This document shows positions 10,020 to 22,000 of a stretch of DNA of 36,434 bases, piece after piece. This stretch comes from Euglena gracilis (taxonomy: Eukaryota). The translations under genes and the position numbers were made by a program. The stretch spans positions 28,762,417-28,798,850 of the forward strand of contig CP154954.1 in NCBI GenBank assembly GCA_039621445.1. The letters run 5' to 3'. The notes beneath the pieces are model-generated. The model searched no databases and was not told the DNA's origin. It worked only from the letters and a program-made list of their open reading frames with translations. The first letter of the stretch is position 1. Each line of letters begins with the position of its first letter.

Positions 10020-13000
10020 GTCTGCCCCCCCCCCCCACCGCCCGCCCCAGCCCGCCTATGCGCCTGTGCGGTGTGGTGGCGGAATCTGCACGCATGGCAT
10101 CCTGTCCTGTTGCATTTGTCCCTTTGTCTGGGGGGGGGTTCTTCATTCGGCCCTTCGGTATCCTTAGCTGGTATCTCCTGCAGAGATGGGGTTCAGCCAG
10201 CACCCTTTTGGCAGCCAGCTCAAACTTTCCTTTCTTCCACTCGGCCTGCCCTCCCCACTACGATGATTTCAGATGCCCTGGCCATGAATGAATCTCCCCA
10301 GGCGTTGTTCCTGGTTTTTTTTGCCCACAAACACTTTCAATTTCGATTCTGAGCACACATTTCGAATATAGAAGCGCAACAATTTGTATCTTCTGGCATC
10401 CGGTTCGATTCATGGGGGTGCCGGAGGGTCAGCCAGCAGCTTGTTTTCAGAGCCAAAATTTCCCGCCTTTGAGCTGGGTGTTTGAAGCGCGAGGAGCGGT
10501 ACAGCAGGAACCATCCAGGTGGGTGGGGTTGGGGGCTATTGAGGGCAAGCCCAGGGACTGACACGTAATCTGAATGAACAGGCAGTGCATTATGTAGGCA
10601 TGTCCCTTGCGCTTCGGTGCAATGTATTTCCTCACCAAGCCCACACTCTGGCCGTGCAGAGAGGGGCCCCCGACACACCGTAACACATCAGAGGGATTCC
10701 CATAAGCTCAGGGGGCTTCCGATAACCATTGAGCTTAAGTGCAATCATTTGACATTGCGCTTAAGTGCAAGATAAAACTATTGCGCTTAAGCACAACTTC
10801 CTTTCAAATAGAAGTTGTATTTCAATGTGTTCGTGCTGTGTGAGAACGTGGGGGATTGAGGAGAATGATGGGAATACAGATGTATCAGCATGCCTTCCCT
10901 TCTCCGCCGTTGTTAATGGACCCTTTCGATTTCTCAATTCCATTCGCTCATCCCCAAAGTTGTGTGCTTCAAATACTGGGTGAGAAAAGGGGGGTGACGA
11001 GCTTCTTTAAAACACGTTTTCGATGCCTAAAATGGCTTCCTCGGCTGTGATTCCAAGGGTTCAACTGGTACCTGTTCTTCCCCAAAAAGAAAATTTCCGA
11101 CTTTCAAAAGTTGGCCAAAAGAAGGGCCGCTCAGGCATGCTTAACTGCGAAGCAAGTGGGAGGAACCTCTGGCACTGGCAGTTGGGCTCACAACGCCTAG
11201 GACAAGAGACGTCTGGATATGAAGAAGTTGGTGGTTGTTTTCACACACCAGGGGTTGCTTCCTGTCCCAGGCAAGGTTTCCCTTCACCTTTGCTCTGTCC
11301 GCTCTGGTAATGAGATGCTTCCAGGACTCTCCACCCACAGTGATAGAAAGAGGAATTAAAAATTGGCAACTGTTGCGCCGAAGCGCAATGGGCAGGCTTA
11401 TTAACAGCTTGAAAATTATCTTACAACGGAGGGAGAGAACGGCTTTGGTAGAGGATGAACACCAGAGGGGATAGAACACAAAAATGTAGAGCAGGGGGAC
11501 GAAAGCCTACCCTCGGTCACGGTTGTCTTAAATGTGGTCAACATTGCGCTTCGGCGCAACACCCACGCTGCTTTTACAGTTTTAAAATTGTATTTCTATT
11601 GCGCTTTGACGCAACGTAATTCTTAAAATTCCATTCTACATAAGCGATATGATAATTATCTTATAATGATAATTAATAAGGTTAATTTTCAAGCAGTTAC
11701 ATTGCGCTTTGGCGCAACACCCCGCTAACATAAAATTGTAAAAATTGTGTTTCTCTTGCGCTTGGGCGCAATGTAACTCTTAAATTTCCATTCTTCATAA
11801 GCCTATAAGCCTGCCCATTGCGCTGTGACGCAATGGAAACAAATGTTGACACATACGTTACATCATTGCGCAAGTACGGCAATGGTCACCCACATGTTGA
11901 ATTACAAAAAAGGTAAAAAGTTTACGCTCAAGCACAATGTGTTTTATTTTTTGTGATGAAAAAAAATCGTTGCGCCAAGGTGCAACTGCGCAATAGAGTC
12001 CCCTCGTTTCATCACCCGGCGCTTTGTATTCATGCACACTGGGCCCGGGAGCGCTGTGCCTTCAGACCATAGAGTTCCAAGTCGTTGGTTTCGTCCCCAG
12101 GCCCTTGGAGTGCAGGGAGACAGTAATGCGGGCTGTCTCGAGTCTCAGGCCCCGGTGTTCGAAAACAGAAAAATTCTTTGGCATTGCGCGTTGGCGCAAA
12201 TTTACAGACATTTTCAAAGCTTAGTGCAAGTTAGGCCGCCTAAGTGGAGCCGTGGGCAGGTGGTTTCCAACCTGAAAAGAAGTGGGTGGTGCGGGTTTGG
12301 GGGTTTTTTTCCCCCCCCCCCCCCCCCCCCCCCCCCGGAGGACACTGAGTGAACCCGTGTGGCACTGCCCCCCTGCACAGGAACGTGTCTGGGGCTGGCC
12401 CAGCGTTGCCCGCCCCTCCGCAGATCCGATCGCCCCCAGAGGGGCAGCCCCGGCCCGCCGACCTCTTCGTCCAGGACGGCATCCCAGTCCCCGCCGTGGA
12501 CCCGGACGGCGTGCTCATCCGCGTGCACGCCACCGCCGTCAACCGCGCCGACACAGTCAGAGGCCCCCTCAGGTCGCAGTTCATTTGGAATTTGGAATGG
12601 AGGGATGGGGGGCCCGGGCGGCTCATATTCACCGCACCGACGATGAGCGACCGTGAGCGATGATGAGCGACCAGGGCTGACCATGACCTCAAAGGTGGGA
12701 GATGCCCGGGATATTTTAAACCCAGAACACCCCCAGAGGGTTCTCGGCCAACCCCCCCCCCCCCGCCCCTGGGGGATTGGGTTGAGCCAAAAAAAATTCC
12801 GGCTCAACCCATGGAGCCGGAAATTTTTGAAAATGGTCCAAAAATGGTCGGAGAATGAAGCATTGAGGGGTCTGTTCTCTGGCCACCTGAAAAATATTGG
12901 CCAAAATTTGTAAATCAAAATGATGAAAACTGGAGTTTTGAATTTTTTTTTGTCAGATGGGCCTGTTTTGTGACCCCCTCCCTGGGGGGAGGGGGTCACA

Positions 13001-16000
13001 AAAGAAGCCTGGTTCGCTTGGTGTATTCAACAACAACAGCAACAGCAGCAGCAGCAGCAGCAGTTGGTATAAATGGGGGGTCGTTCTAAATGGGGGTACC
13101 ACAAGCACAAGCGACAGCTCCAAAAACAAGGGGCTACGCAAGTGCACAAAATAGACCACTTGTCATGGCCAAACAGACGGCTCAATTGCTTCTTTAGGGT
13201 AACACAATTCTTTAAATAGGTGCCATTGCTGGAGAAAGTTTGACCTCTGGGATTTGGCAAAAAACTGGCAGTTGGGCATTGACGAGCCTCAGCTTTTCAG
13301 AGTGAATTTGAAGCTGCCCCAGGGGAGGACAGAAAAATCCTGTTTCTGTCGAACAGGATTATGCAAGAAAAACCTCACAAGGTAATGCTTAGCTCTATTC
13401 AAAACCTGCTTAACCCCATCAGCTGCCAATTCTTATGCCCCGCCTCCATTATCCCATGATACAACATCACCAGCACCACCACAATTTATTGAAGCAAAAT
13501 ACGACGCAACAATGATCCACTGTAAAACCGAAAACGTGGCTCGGACGCAGGGGCGGAGTATGGGAAAATTTTTTCGGTACATTTTGGTGCTCATTTTCGG
13601 CTCAAAAACAGTTTTTCTGGGTCCTGGAGGCCAAAGAACATCGTTTCAAAATTTTTCCCGGCTTTTTCGACTTTTTCACCCGTTTTTGACCCAAAACCCA
13701 TGGGTTTCGGGCCAAAAACAGGGGGGCCACGGGGTCGAAAAACACTCATTTTGGGCTCAAAAACAGTTTTTCTGGGAGGCCAAAAACATCGTTTCGGGCA
13801 ATTTTTTTCCCGCCTTTTTTCGACTTTTTTTGGCCCAAAATGGCCGAAAATGGCCAAGTCAAAACAGCCAAAGCTGTACAAAATGGCCAAAATTGGCCAA
13901 AAAAAATGGCCGTAACTCGGGAGGGCGGGGACCCCGAAAACAGCCCAAAATGGCTCCAGAAACGGGCTAAAATTGGCCGAAAAATGGCCATAAATCAGGC
14001 TCGCGAAGAGTTGGGGGAAAGCAAACCATGGTTGGACAGGGCATTCCAAGGACTTCATTTTTGCTCTCCGGACTTTTCCTTTCATTTTGTTTCATAGTCG
14101 AGATCTTTTGGAAAAAACAGTTTTTTTTGGCCAAAAAAAACGGCCCAAAAAAACACCCCAAAACGGCCGTTTTGGACCACAGCACCGCGCCAGAACACGG
14201 GCCAGGCGTGTCAGCGGCCAAAATGGCCAACGGGGGGGCGATAGAGGACCTCCAGGGGTACATTTTGTCAGCGGGTCAATTCTGGAGATAATGTACGTTT
14301 TATCGAGATATTTTCGAAAAATCGATTTTTTGCCCCATTTTTTGACCCCGACGAAATGGCAGAGTCGGAAGGGGGGGGGCAGTACACAGTTTGGACCCCT
14401 TCACGGGTGAATAACTCGGGCCTGGCGGGGAGTTGGGGATCAAACGGAGGTGATTCGGAAACTAGAAATCCAGTCGCTTGAGACTGAAAAAAAAAATTTC
14501 TGGAACGGAGCCGGGATCATGGTGATAATCCACCGGTTCTCGAGATGGCCCCGACCCGGAACCGGGGGGGGGGGGGCGGGGGGGCGCCCCCCCCCCTTTT
14601 CCCCAGGGGTAAGCTTCGCTCTTACCCATAAAGGAATGACAGCTGAGCGACCCCGTCGTAAACCCCCCTGTGGTCCTCCCCAAGGGGTATTTGAATGTAA
14701 AGTGTATTTTTGTTGAAGCAGAACATCATTTACACAACGTTTCATTTGGCTAACATTTGCTGTCTTTCATAATTTGACTCACATGCTGCAAATGGGTAAC
14801 CCCCCCCCCCCAATAGAAGCACGGGGCCGCTACAAGCGTAGGGCCCAAATAAAAGCGCACCCCCCGCCGCCGAAGGCATGAGTGCACCCCCCATTATGAT
14901 ATGATTTCTAAAGGAAATCAACAAAAATCGCGTGGGTAGGGTCCAAATAGAAGCGCACCCCCCCGCCGCCGGAGGCGGCGGCTGCTATAAGCGCCCGCGC
15001 TTCTATTAGGGGGGGGGGGTTATGCCCGGGACTCTGAAACACATCGCAAACTCTCAAAGATTTTGGGGATGCAAGAATTACGACACCATAGCAGACGACG
15101 GTGCATGAAACATTCCAGAAGGAATCTGCAAATGTGCCTCCCAAAACGAAATGGCAAGAGCATTTTTTGTTCGCTTCCACGGTATCCTTCCTTTTGCCAC
15201 CTGGCTCGCCGATGTGATGTCCTTCTGGGGATCCGTCTGTGTCGGTTTGGTGTTTGACCCAGAGGAGGGGTTTCTTTTTTTTTTTTACACGGGAGAGGGG
15301 ATGGATTCACTCTGCCAACCCGGGGACGCTGAGGGCGATGCAGCGCCGGGGCTTGTACCCGCCGCCTCCCGGGGCGTCCGACATCCTCGGTGTGCCTGCT
15401 GTCCATCGCCCCACCCATCAAAACGCAGTCGAGTGGTCTACATATGCATGCGTGTGCACGTGTGTGTAAAGTATGCACATATATGTATACTTATACAAAT
15501 GCATGTTTTTGTGCACACCTTTTCTTTTAAGTTTCTCTCCGGACTGTCTCGCTTGCAATGGGCCGCTTAGTAAAAAAAAAAAACCGTCCTGTTGTTGCGG
15601 CTCCGTTAAATTTCGAATGTTTTCCATCTGCAGTCATCTTCACGACGCATTTTTGACCACGTGGCCATTGGCGGTCCTGCCCCCCCCCCCTCCACAGGGC
15701 TGGAGGCTGCCGGCATCGTGGAGAAAACCGGGGCCAACGTCACCCAGTTCCGCCCGGGGGACCGGGTCATGGCGCTGCTGAGCGGCGGGGGGTACGCCCA
15801 GTACTGCGTGGCGGACGTGGGGTGCTGCATCCCCATCCCGGACGGTGTCTCCTGGACCGATGCGGCTGCCATCCCAGAAGTGTGAGCATTTATTTATGTG
15901 TGGGGGTGAACGTGTGCCTATGTGTGTGTGTGTGTGTGTGTGCTTGTGTGTGTGTGTGCTGTGTGTTGTGTGTTGTGTGTGTGCGTGACGTGCGCGCGTG

Positions 16001-19000
16001 TGTGTGTGTGTGTGTGTGTTGTGTGTGGTGTGCGTGTGTGTGTGTGTTTGGGTATGTGTGTGTCTGAGTGTGTGTGGTGTGTGTGTGTGTGTGTGTGGTG
16101 TGTGGTGTGTGTGTGTGTTGTGTGTGTGCGTGCGTGCGTGCGTGCGTGGCGTGCACGCGCGCACATGTGCGTGGTGTTTGCAGTCGGTGGTGCATGTGCG
16201 GCAACTGCTGTGAATGTCAGATGTTTTGAACCACTTTATTTTTGTGGCCATTGTCATGCACGCAGTTGTGACTGTTTGTGTGTGCATGCCAGGGCATGCA
16301 CACACAAACAGGCATCGCTGGCGTCGCTTAAGCTGTAGTGGACCTGATCCCGGGGGGGGGGGGGGGTGTCCAGCAGCCTTTTTCGGCTAGCAGCATTTTC
16401 CAGCCTCGGATCCCTCCATTGCGGAAGTTTGTTTCATTTTTTTTTTTTTTTTTGTTTTTTTTTTTTGTGTGTTTTTTTGTTTTTTTTTTTTTACTTTGTT
16501 TTTTTTTTATTTTTTTTTTTTTTTTTTTTTTTTTTTATTTTTGAGGTTTCTCTGTGTTTTTTTTTGTGTTTAGGTGTACGAGTTTTTTTTGGACTTTTGC
16601 AAATTGGCCCAATGGGCAAAAATATGGGCTCGGGCAAAGTTTTGGGTGGAAAATCGGTTGCATAATTTATTTTATATTATTACTATATATTTTTTTGTAT
16701 TATTTGCAGTTTTGGGGGCACCCTTTTTTGGATACCCCGTTTGATCCAGGTCAGGACCAGTTCCACCTGAGGGACTCCCGGAGGGGGCCTTATTCAAGCC
16801 AGCCGGATTATCCAGCCTCTGAACTGCCCCCCCCCCCGGGGGATCCCAAGCGACGCTTTGGTGGACGCAAACTGGTGCACAGGAACGTAACCCCCCCATT
16901 TAAACTGCCCCCCTTCCCAAACGACCCATTGCAGAATTTCAACCAAAAAAAGAAGGAAACCGACCATGGCAAGTTGGCTGACAAACATGCACAACATAAT
17001 GGAAGCCGCCAACAGAAGGAGCGTCCAGGCTCATCGAATAACCCCCCCCCCCCAATAAGTGCGCAGTGTGCCCTACTGTCACATCTCAGGTCGGAAAGCA
17101 CACACAATATTCAGAACTGTCTTTCTCCAACCAAATATCTCTATCGTCCAAGCCCAAATTTGATACATAATCATTTGACTCATAGCTTGAAATCACAAAA
17201 CAGCGGGAAAATTAAAAAAGAGGGGTGGAATGTAAGTATTTTCGGCTTTGCCCTAAAAAGTGCGCACTGCCCTAATAAGTGCGCACCCCTTGGGGTCTGA
17301 AACGATGTCCTTAAAATGCGCGCACCCGTGCACTTATTTGGGGGGGGGGGCAGTTATTTTTGCATGAAATATGAGCGGATGGAGCTCTGTTTGGTTGGCG
17401 GCACAGGTGACAGTGGAATGGACGCCGCACTGGAAGCCCGAACTTCCTCATCAAACTTTTTACCAATTTTGTCCAAAGGGTTATGAACAAAGGAAGGCAA
17501 GGTGAAGGGCTTAATGCCATCAGCGGGTGAGGTGTGGGTGTATCCAAACTGAGTGAGCTTTTGGTGGCGGGTTGGTTGAATCATAAGCAAAAGAGGACAG
17601 GACGGTGGAAAGTGTATCAGACATTGGCTGTGACAGGAGAAACATGAAGTCACCCTCTGAAACCAACCCCCCCTCCACTGACCTCCTCCAAGATTTCCGC
17701 CAACCCAAAAGTCCTAAACCGATGGTCGGTTTAAATGGGGGGGGTATGCATCCTTTTACCTGTGAATGTGCCTTGCAGCAGACACTCAAAAGTTCAATGA
17801 GCGTTGTTTAATGAAGAAGACGAAGTAGTAAGTGCCAGTTGACTCTCCAAAGCATGACCTGGGGTACATTCCTGGCAGCTGTCGTTGGAAACTTTGTTTG
17901 GAATTATGGGTTGGAATTGTGCTGCCCAGGGCAAATTTTGGGTGAAAGCAATCGGCTTTTTGCATAATTAGCAGTTTTTGCCCCTCCTCCCCCGTTTGAG
18001 CACTTGGCCCCCATCCGCAAGGATTTTTCCCCGCGCTGAAGGTTTTTTTTGGCTTTCCTTCGACCCTTTTGGCCTTTTTGGGAGGACTTTTTTTTTCAAT
18101 GCTGCTCACAAATCAAAAGGGCACACAACCTTCCTCGAAGAAGGCTAACCCATGAAAAAGGGGGAAGGGGTGGGGTTGAGTATCGGGTGCTGGCCGATAA
18201 GCAGCGAGTTCGGTGTCGCAGCATCAGCTGGTGGTTCGGTCATTGTTTTGCGGAAAGCCCGTGCCACGCTGTCTCGCAGGTGTTCCTCACCGCATACCAG
18301 TGCCTCTTTCAAAACGCCAAGCTGCAGCCCGGTACGCTCGTACCCTTCGTTCTCAAACCTTCATATTTCATAAGTTAACCCCCCAAATAACCCCCCCCCC
18401 CCCGGTGTGTTATTTGGGCACCCGAGCTGGGGCCCCGGGGGGGGGGGGTGTTATTTGGGGGGTGCTATTTTTACATGGAAAACAAAACTAAAGAAGGGGG
18501 GGGGGGTTATTTAGGCGCTCTAAATCGGCCCCCCCGAGGGGGGGGGATATGATTTGGGGGGTTTAAATACCCGCCCCTGGGAAACTGTCATGCACGAGAA
18601 CCTGTCAGGGTCCTGCCGGGAAACTGTCAGGGTTCCTGGTACCGGCCAACCTTCTCAGGGTCATTTTCATTGACTTTCCCTTGAAATTCCCAACCCGTGA
18701 AACTGTCAGGGTCCTTGGCACTGGCCAACCTGTCAGCATAGGAAGTTGACAGGGTCCCTTATACCGGCCAACCTGTCAGGTAACAGTTTCCCGGGGGGGG
18801 GGTAGGTGCAAAATGAAATTTTTTCACTGTGGAATCCTTTTTTTGTGATGGAGAAGAGGACGGCATTGCAGGAAGTGTTCAGGGGGGCAAGTGCGTTTCG
18901 CATTTTTGTGCATTTTTTTGATTTTTACTACATTTTGTTTGATTTTTTGGCACATTTTCTCCCGCTTTTCCCAATTTTTTTTGCATTTTTGACCATTTCT

Positions 19001-22000
19001 TTGCAATTTTTTTTTATAAACTGGCATTTTCCTCATAATTTCATACAATATTTGTAAATGCCTCATTTTTGGGGTATTTTCGATTTTTGCGCCTTTTCTC
19101 TCACTTTTGAGCATTTTTTGTGCATTTTTTTCGCATTTTCGCGCATTTTTTTCCCGCATTTTTGCACATTTTTTTTCGAGTCCGGGCTGCCGCATCCCCC
19201 CCCTTTGAACCATCTTTCCAGTGTAGAAAAGATCAACTCATTGTTGTTACCCTAAAGCTGATGAGGAAACCTAAATCAGGAAGTTTCTTTCCTTTGGATA
19301 AGAGGAATTCATTGTTATTAAGCTAAAGTCTTTTCACAGTGCATTTACGGCAGTGTTATTCAATAGTGTGGGTCCCCAAGGAGGGTTTTTGTTGATGTGG
19401 AGTGTAAACCCCCAACCAAACAATAATCCTTCCCATACTGCAAAAAAAAACAGAAATCATTTTGTGTGTCCAGTGGTTGTAAATGCATTTGCCAGAGATT
19501 TTACACAGCCAATCAAGGTGATGTAGTGTTTTTTTTTCTTCTACAAAAAACAAAATTTAAGAATTGTCCCGGGATTTCAAGAATTGTGAAAGTGACATGC
19601 CAACCCGTCAGTGTAAATGAGGGGGGTTTAGGATAAACCCCCCTCCCCAAATGGCCTGGCGGGAGTCATCTTTTTTTGCCTGTCCCCCGCCAAGTTATTC
19701 GGCCACCACAGGAGCAAGGCTATTTGGGGGGGGGGGTCAGGCATTCCACAACCTCATAATTGTGCCGTATTTTTCTCGCATCTGAACATTCTTTTCACTT
19801 TACAGTTGTATTTGGCCTTCTAAGAGTGAATCGCGTTTTTGAGAGAAAAAAAATTCTAGAATGGGGAGCTGTGGGTGTTCTGTGAGTGTGTCTCAATGCA
19901 ATTTTGCCCTCATTTTTGCCCAACTTTTTGAATTTTCTGGATAATCCCGCTGGGCACCATTTTTCAGGGCAGAAGGTGTCATTTTCCTCGATTCTGCTCG
20001 TGATCTTCTTTTCAGCACTTCGTGTAGGGTGTGTATTTTGTTGACAAATCAAAGCCCCCAGGAGATGTGGAGGTGTGGGGGAAAGAGGTTGTATTGGGGG
20101 GAGGGGGTGCACTTCAAATTGATTCCCCAGTGTCACGTTTCATTTCACACTACAAGCCACCCCACCATGACACATGTCATTGTTTCTTCTTGTACCACAA
20201 ACGCCGCCCCCCCCCCCCCCTCTGCGGTGCCCAGCCGGAGTCTCCCCCACAGGGCAGAGCGTGTTGATCCACGCGGGGGCCAGCTCGGTCGGCATCGCCG
20301 CCATCCAGCTGAGCCGCGCGGCCACTGCCCAGCACGTCATCACCACGTCCTCCGCCAGCAAAGTGGAGGTGTCCGCCAGGCCAGCCACTTTTCCATTTTA
20401 GGGCCTACCCCACCCCCGGGAGGGGGGGGGCTTTTGGCCAGTCAGTCACTTTGCATTTCACTTTGCAAAAACAAGTCAGTCACTCCCTTGGGGGGGGGGG
20501 GGGATGGGACAGCAATGGTATGCCAGTGGTGCATCTCACCTCACAGACACCCCCTCTCAGCCGAAGGCGCCGGAATTTTTTTGGAATTCTTTGAGACTTT
20601 TGGGCAATAGTGCCTTGCCAACATAAGCGCAGTCAAGAGTGGCCGATCCCCCCCCGGGGGGGGGTAAAGTGACTGACTGGTTGTTGTTGTTTTTTTTTGG
20701 GAAAAAGTGACTGACTGATTTTTTCAGAGTGGAAAGTGGCCCCCCTCCCTGGCCCCCGGGGGTCGCTAAGCAGTGGTATGACCATTGGTACGGTCAGTCT
20801 CCAACTCCCCCTCACCTCCTGTAGCCTACCGGGTCCATGAGCCCCCCCCCCCTGGGGGGTAAAAACTTTGTGACCAATTGCCGAACTCGTTTCACAATTT
20901 GTCAAAGATTTTGGCATAGTTGTTTGTGATTATGTTTAGTTAAATAACATGTCTTCCACCCATCGCTAAATTAAAATCCCTTTTCCATTTATGGGCAGTT
21001 TTCGATGTCATTTCGAATTGCTTGTTTTTCTGTGATGAATTTTGTTGACGACTGTGGTCGTTGTTGTTTTTTGCAAACGACGGTGGTTAGGCGTGGGATA
21101 AAAATTCGCAAAGTAGAAAGTTTACATTCCGTCAAGAATTGCAAACTCTTGGAGCAATGAGGAATAATGGGCGGAAAACCCACAAAACATTGTTGGGAAA
21201 ATGAAAGGTCTTCCGTGTCTGGCCTGCCTGGTGGACTCAAAACTGCAACCCAAAAACATTATTTCCACAGAGAAGAGACCTTGACCATGGATTCACTCAA
21301 CTGTGTGGCCCACCGCCCCAGGGGGTGAGTGGGTTTTTAAGGGTGGGTGGGTGGGTTGGGGCCTCCCGACCCCCCCCCCCCCAGGGGGTGTGCCATGGGT
21401 CAGGTTTTTGCATTGCCGAAGGCCGGGCTGGATTTTTTTCTGCGTTTTCGGCCGGTTTTGGTTGGATTTTGGGTGTGTGTGTGTGTGGGTGGGTGGTAGA
21501 CCCCCACAAGGGGGGGGTCGCAGGTGGGTGTTGCTTTTCGAAAAAAAGTGCGTGGGTTCATGGGTGGGTTTGGACCCGGGGAAAAGTCCCCCCCCCCTCT
21601 GGAGTCACAAACTGAATCTATGATCTTGACCCCCCCATTGGTATGTAATTTTTCATAATGCTTTACGTGCGAATTGCCCCGAAATGGTGAATTGTGGGGA
21701 GATGTGATGTTCTTCTGTGTTTGTCATTTGAAAATGTCTGCCTAAAAGTATATTGGCATTTTGGTGGGGCAGGGGTTGTTTGACTTAAATTTATCAAAGC
21801 GATATTCCTCGCCTTCAAATTGTACTGTTTTGCCCTCTCTCGATGCCCTGGTGGTGAGAGTTGTTCGATTTCGTCTCGTTGCAGGTTTGCAAGAAGTATG
21901 GTGCAACCACCGCTCTTTCCCATCACGGCTGCCTGTTCTCCTGTAAATCCTTCACGAAGTCATAACATGATAACTTGTGAGTTGTGGATTTGCTTAGATG

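Larger units (their letters stand above)
12555..15336 (+). other. Nonconventional (non-GT-AG) euglenid-type intron, 2782 nt
   Basis: C|AGTCAGAGGCCCC...GGGGACGCTGAGGGC|G. CAG sits at +4..+6 and CTG at -8..-6, both junctions are Y|R, and CAGAGGCCCC pairs with GGGGACGCTG at 8 of 10 positions. Removal restores NRADT-MQRRGLYPPP with no insertion. Confidence 0.85.

Noticed and set aside
12672-14424. Additional CAG...CTG elements (~12672-13011, ~13548-14424; also ~16336-16770, ~21299-21615, ~22066-22150)
   Set aside because: They are clearly repeat-like, but no matching TSD could be found, so boundaries were not called.
12573-15333. GT-AG version of intron 2 as the main isoform
   Set aside because: It uses a GAG acceptor with no pyrimidine tract and would insert VRGPLRA into the conserved NRAD-x-x-QR motif.
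15640-16338. His/Thr- and Val/Cys-rich ORFs
   Set aside because: These are translations of the (TG)n microsatellite.
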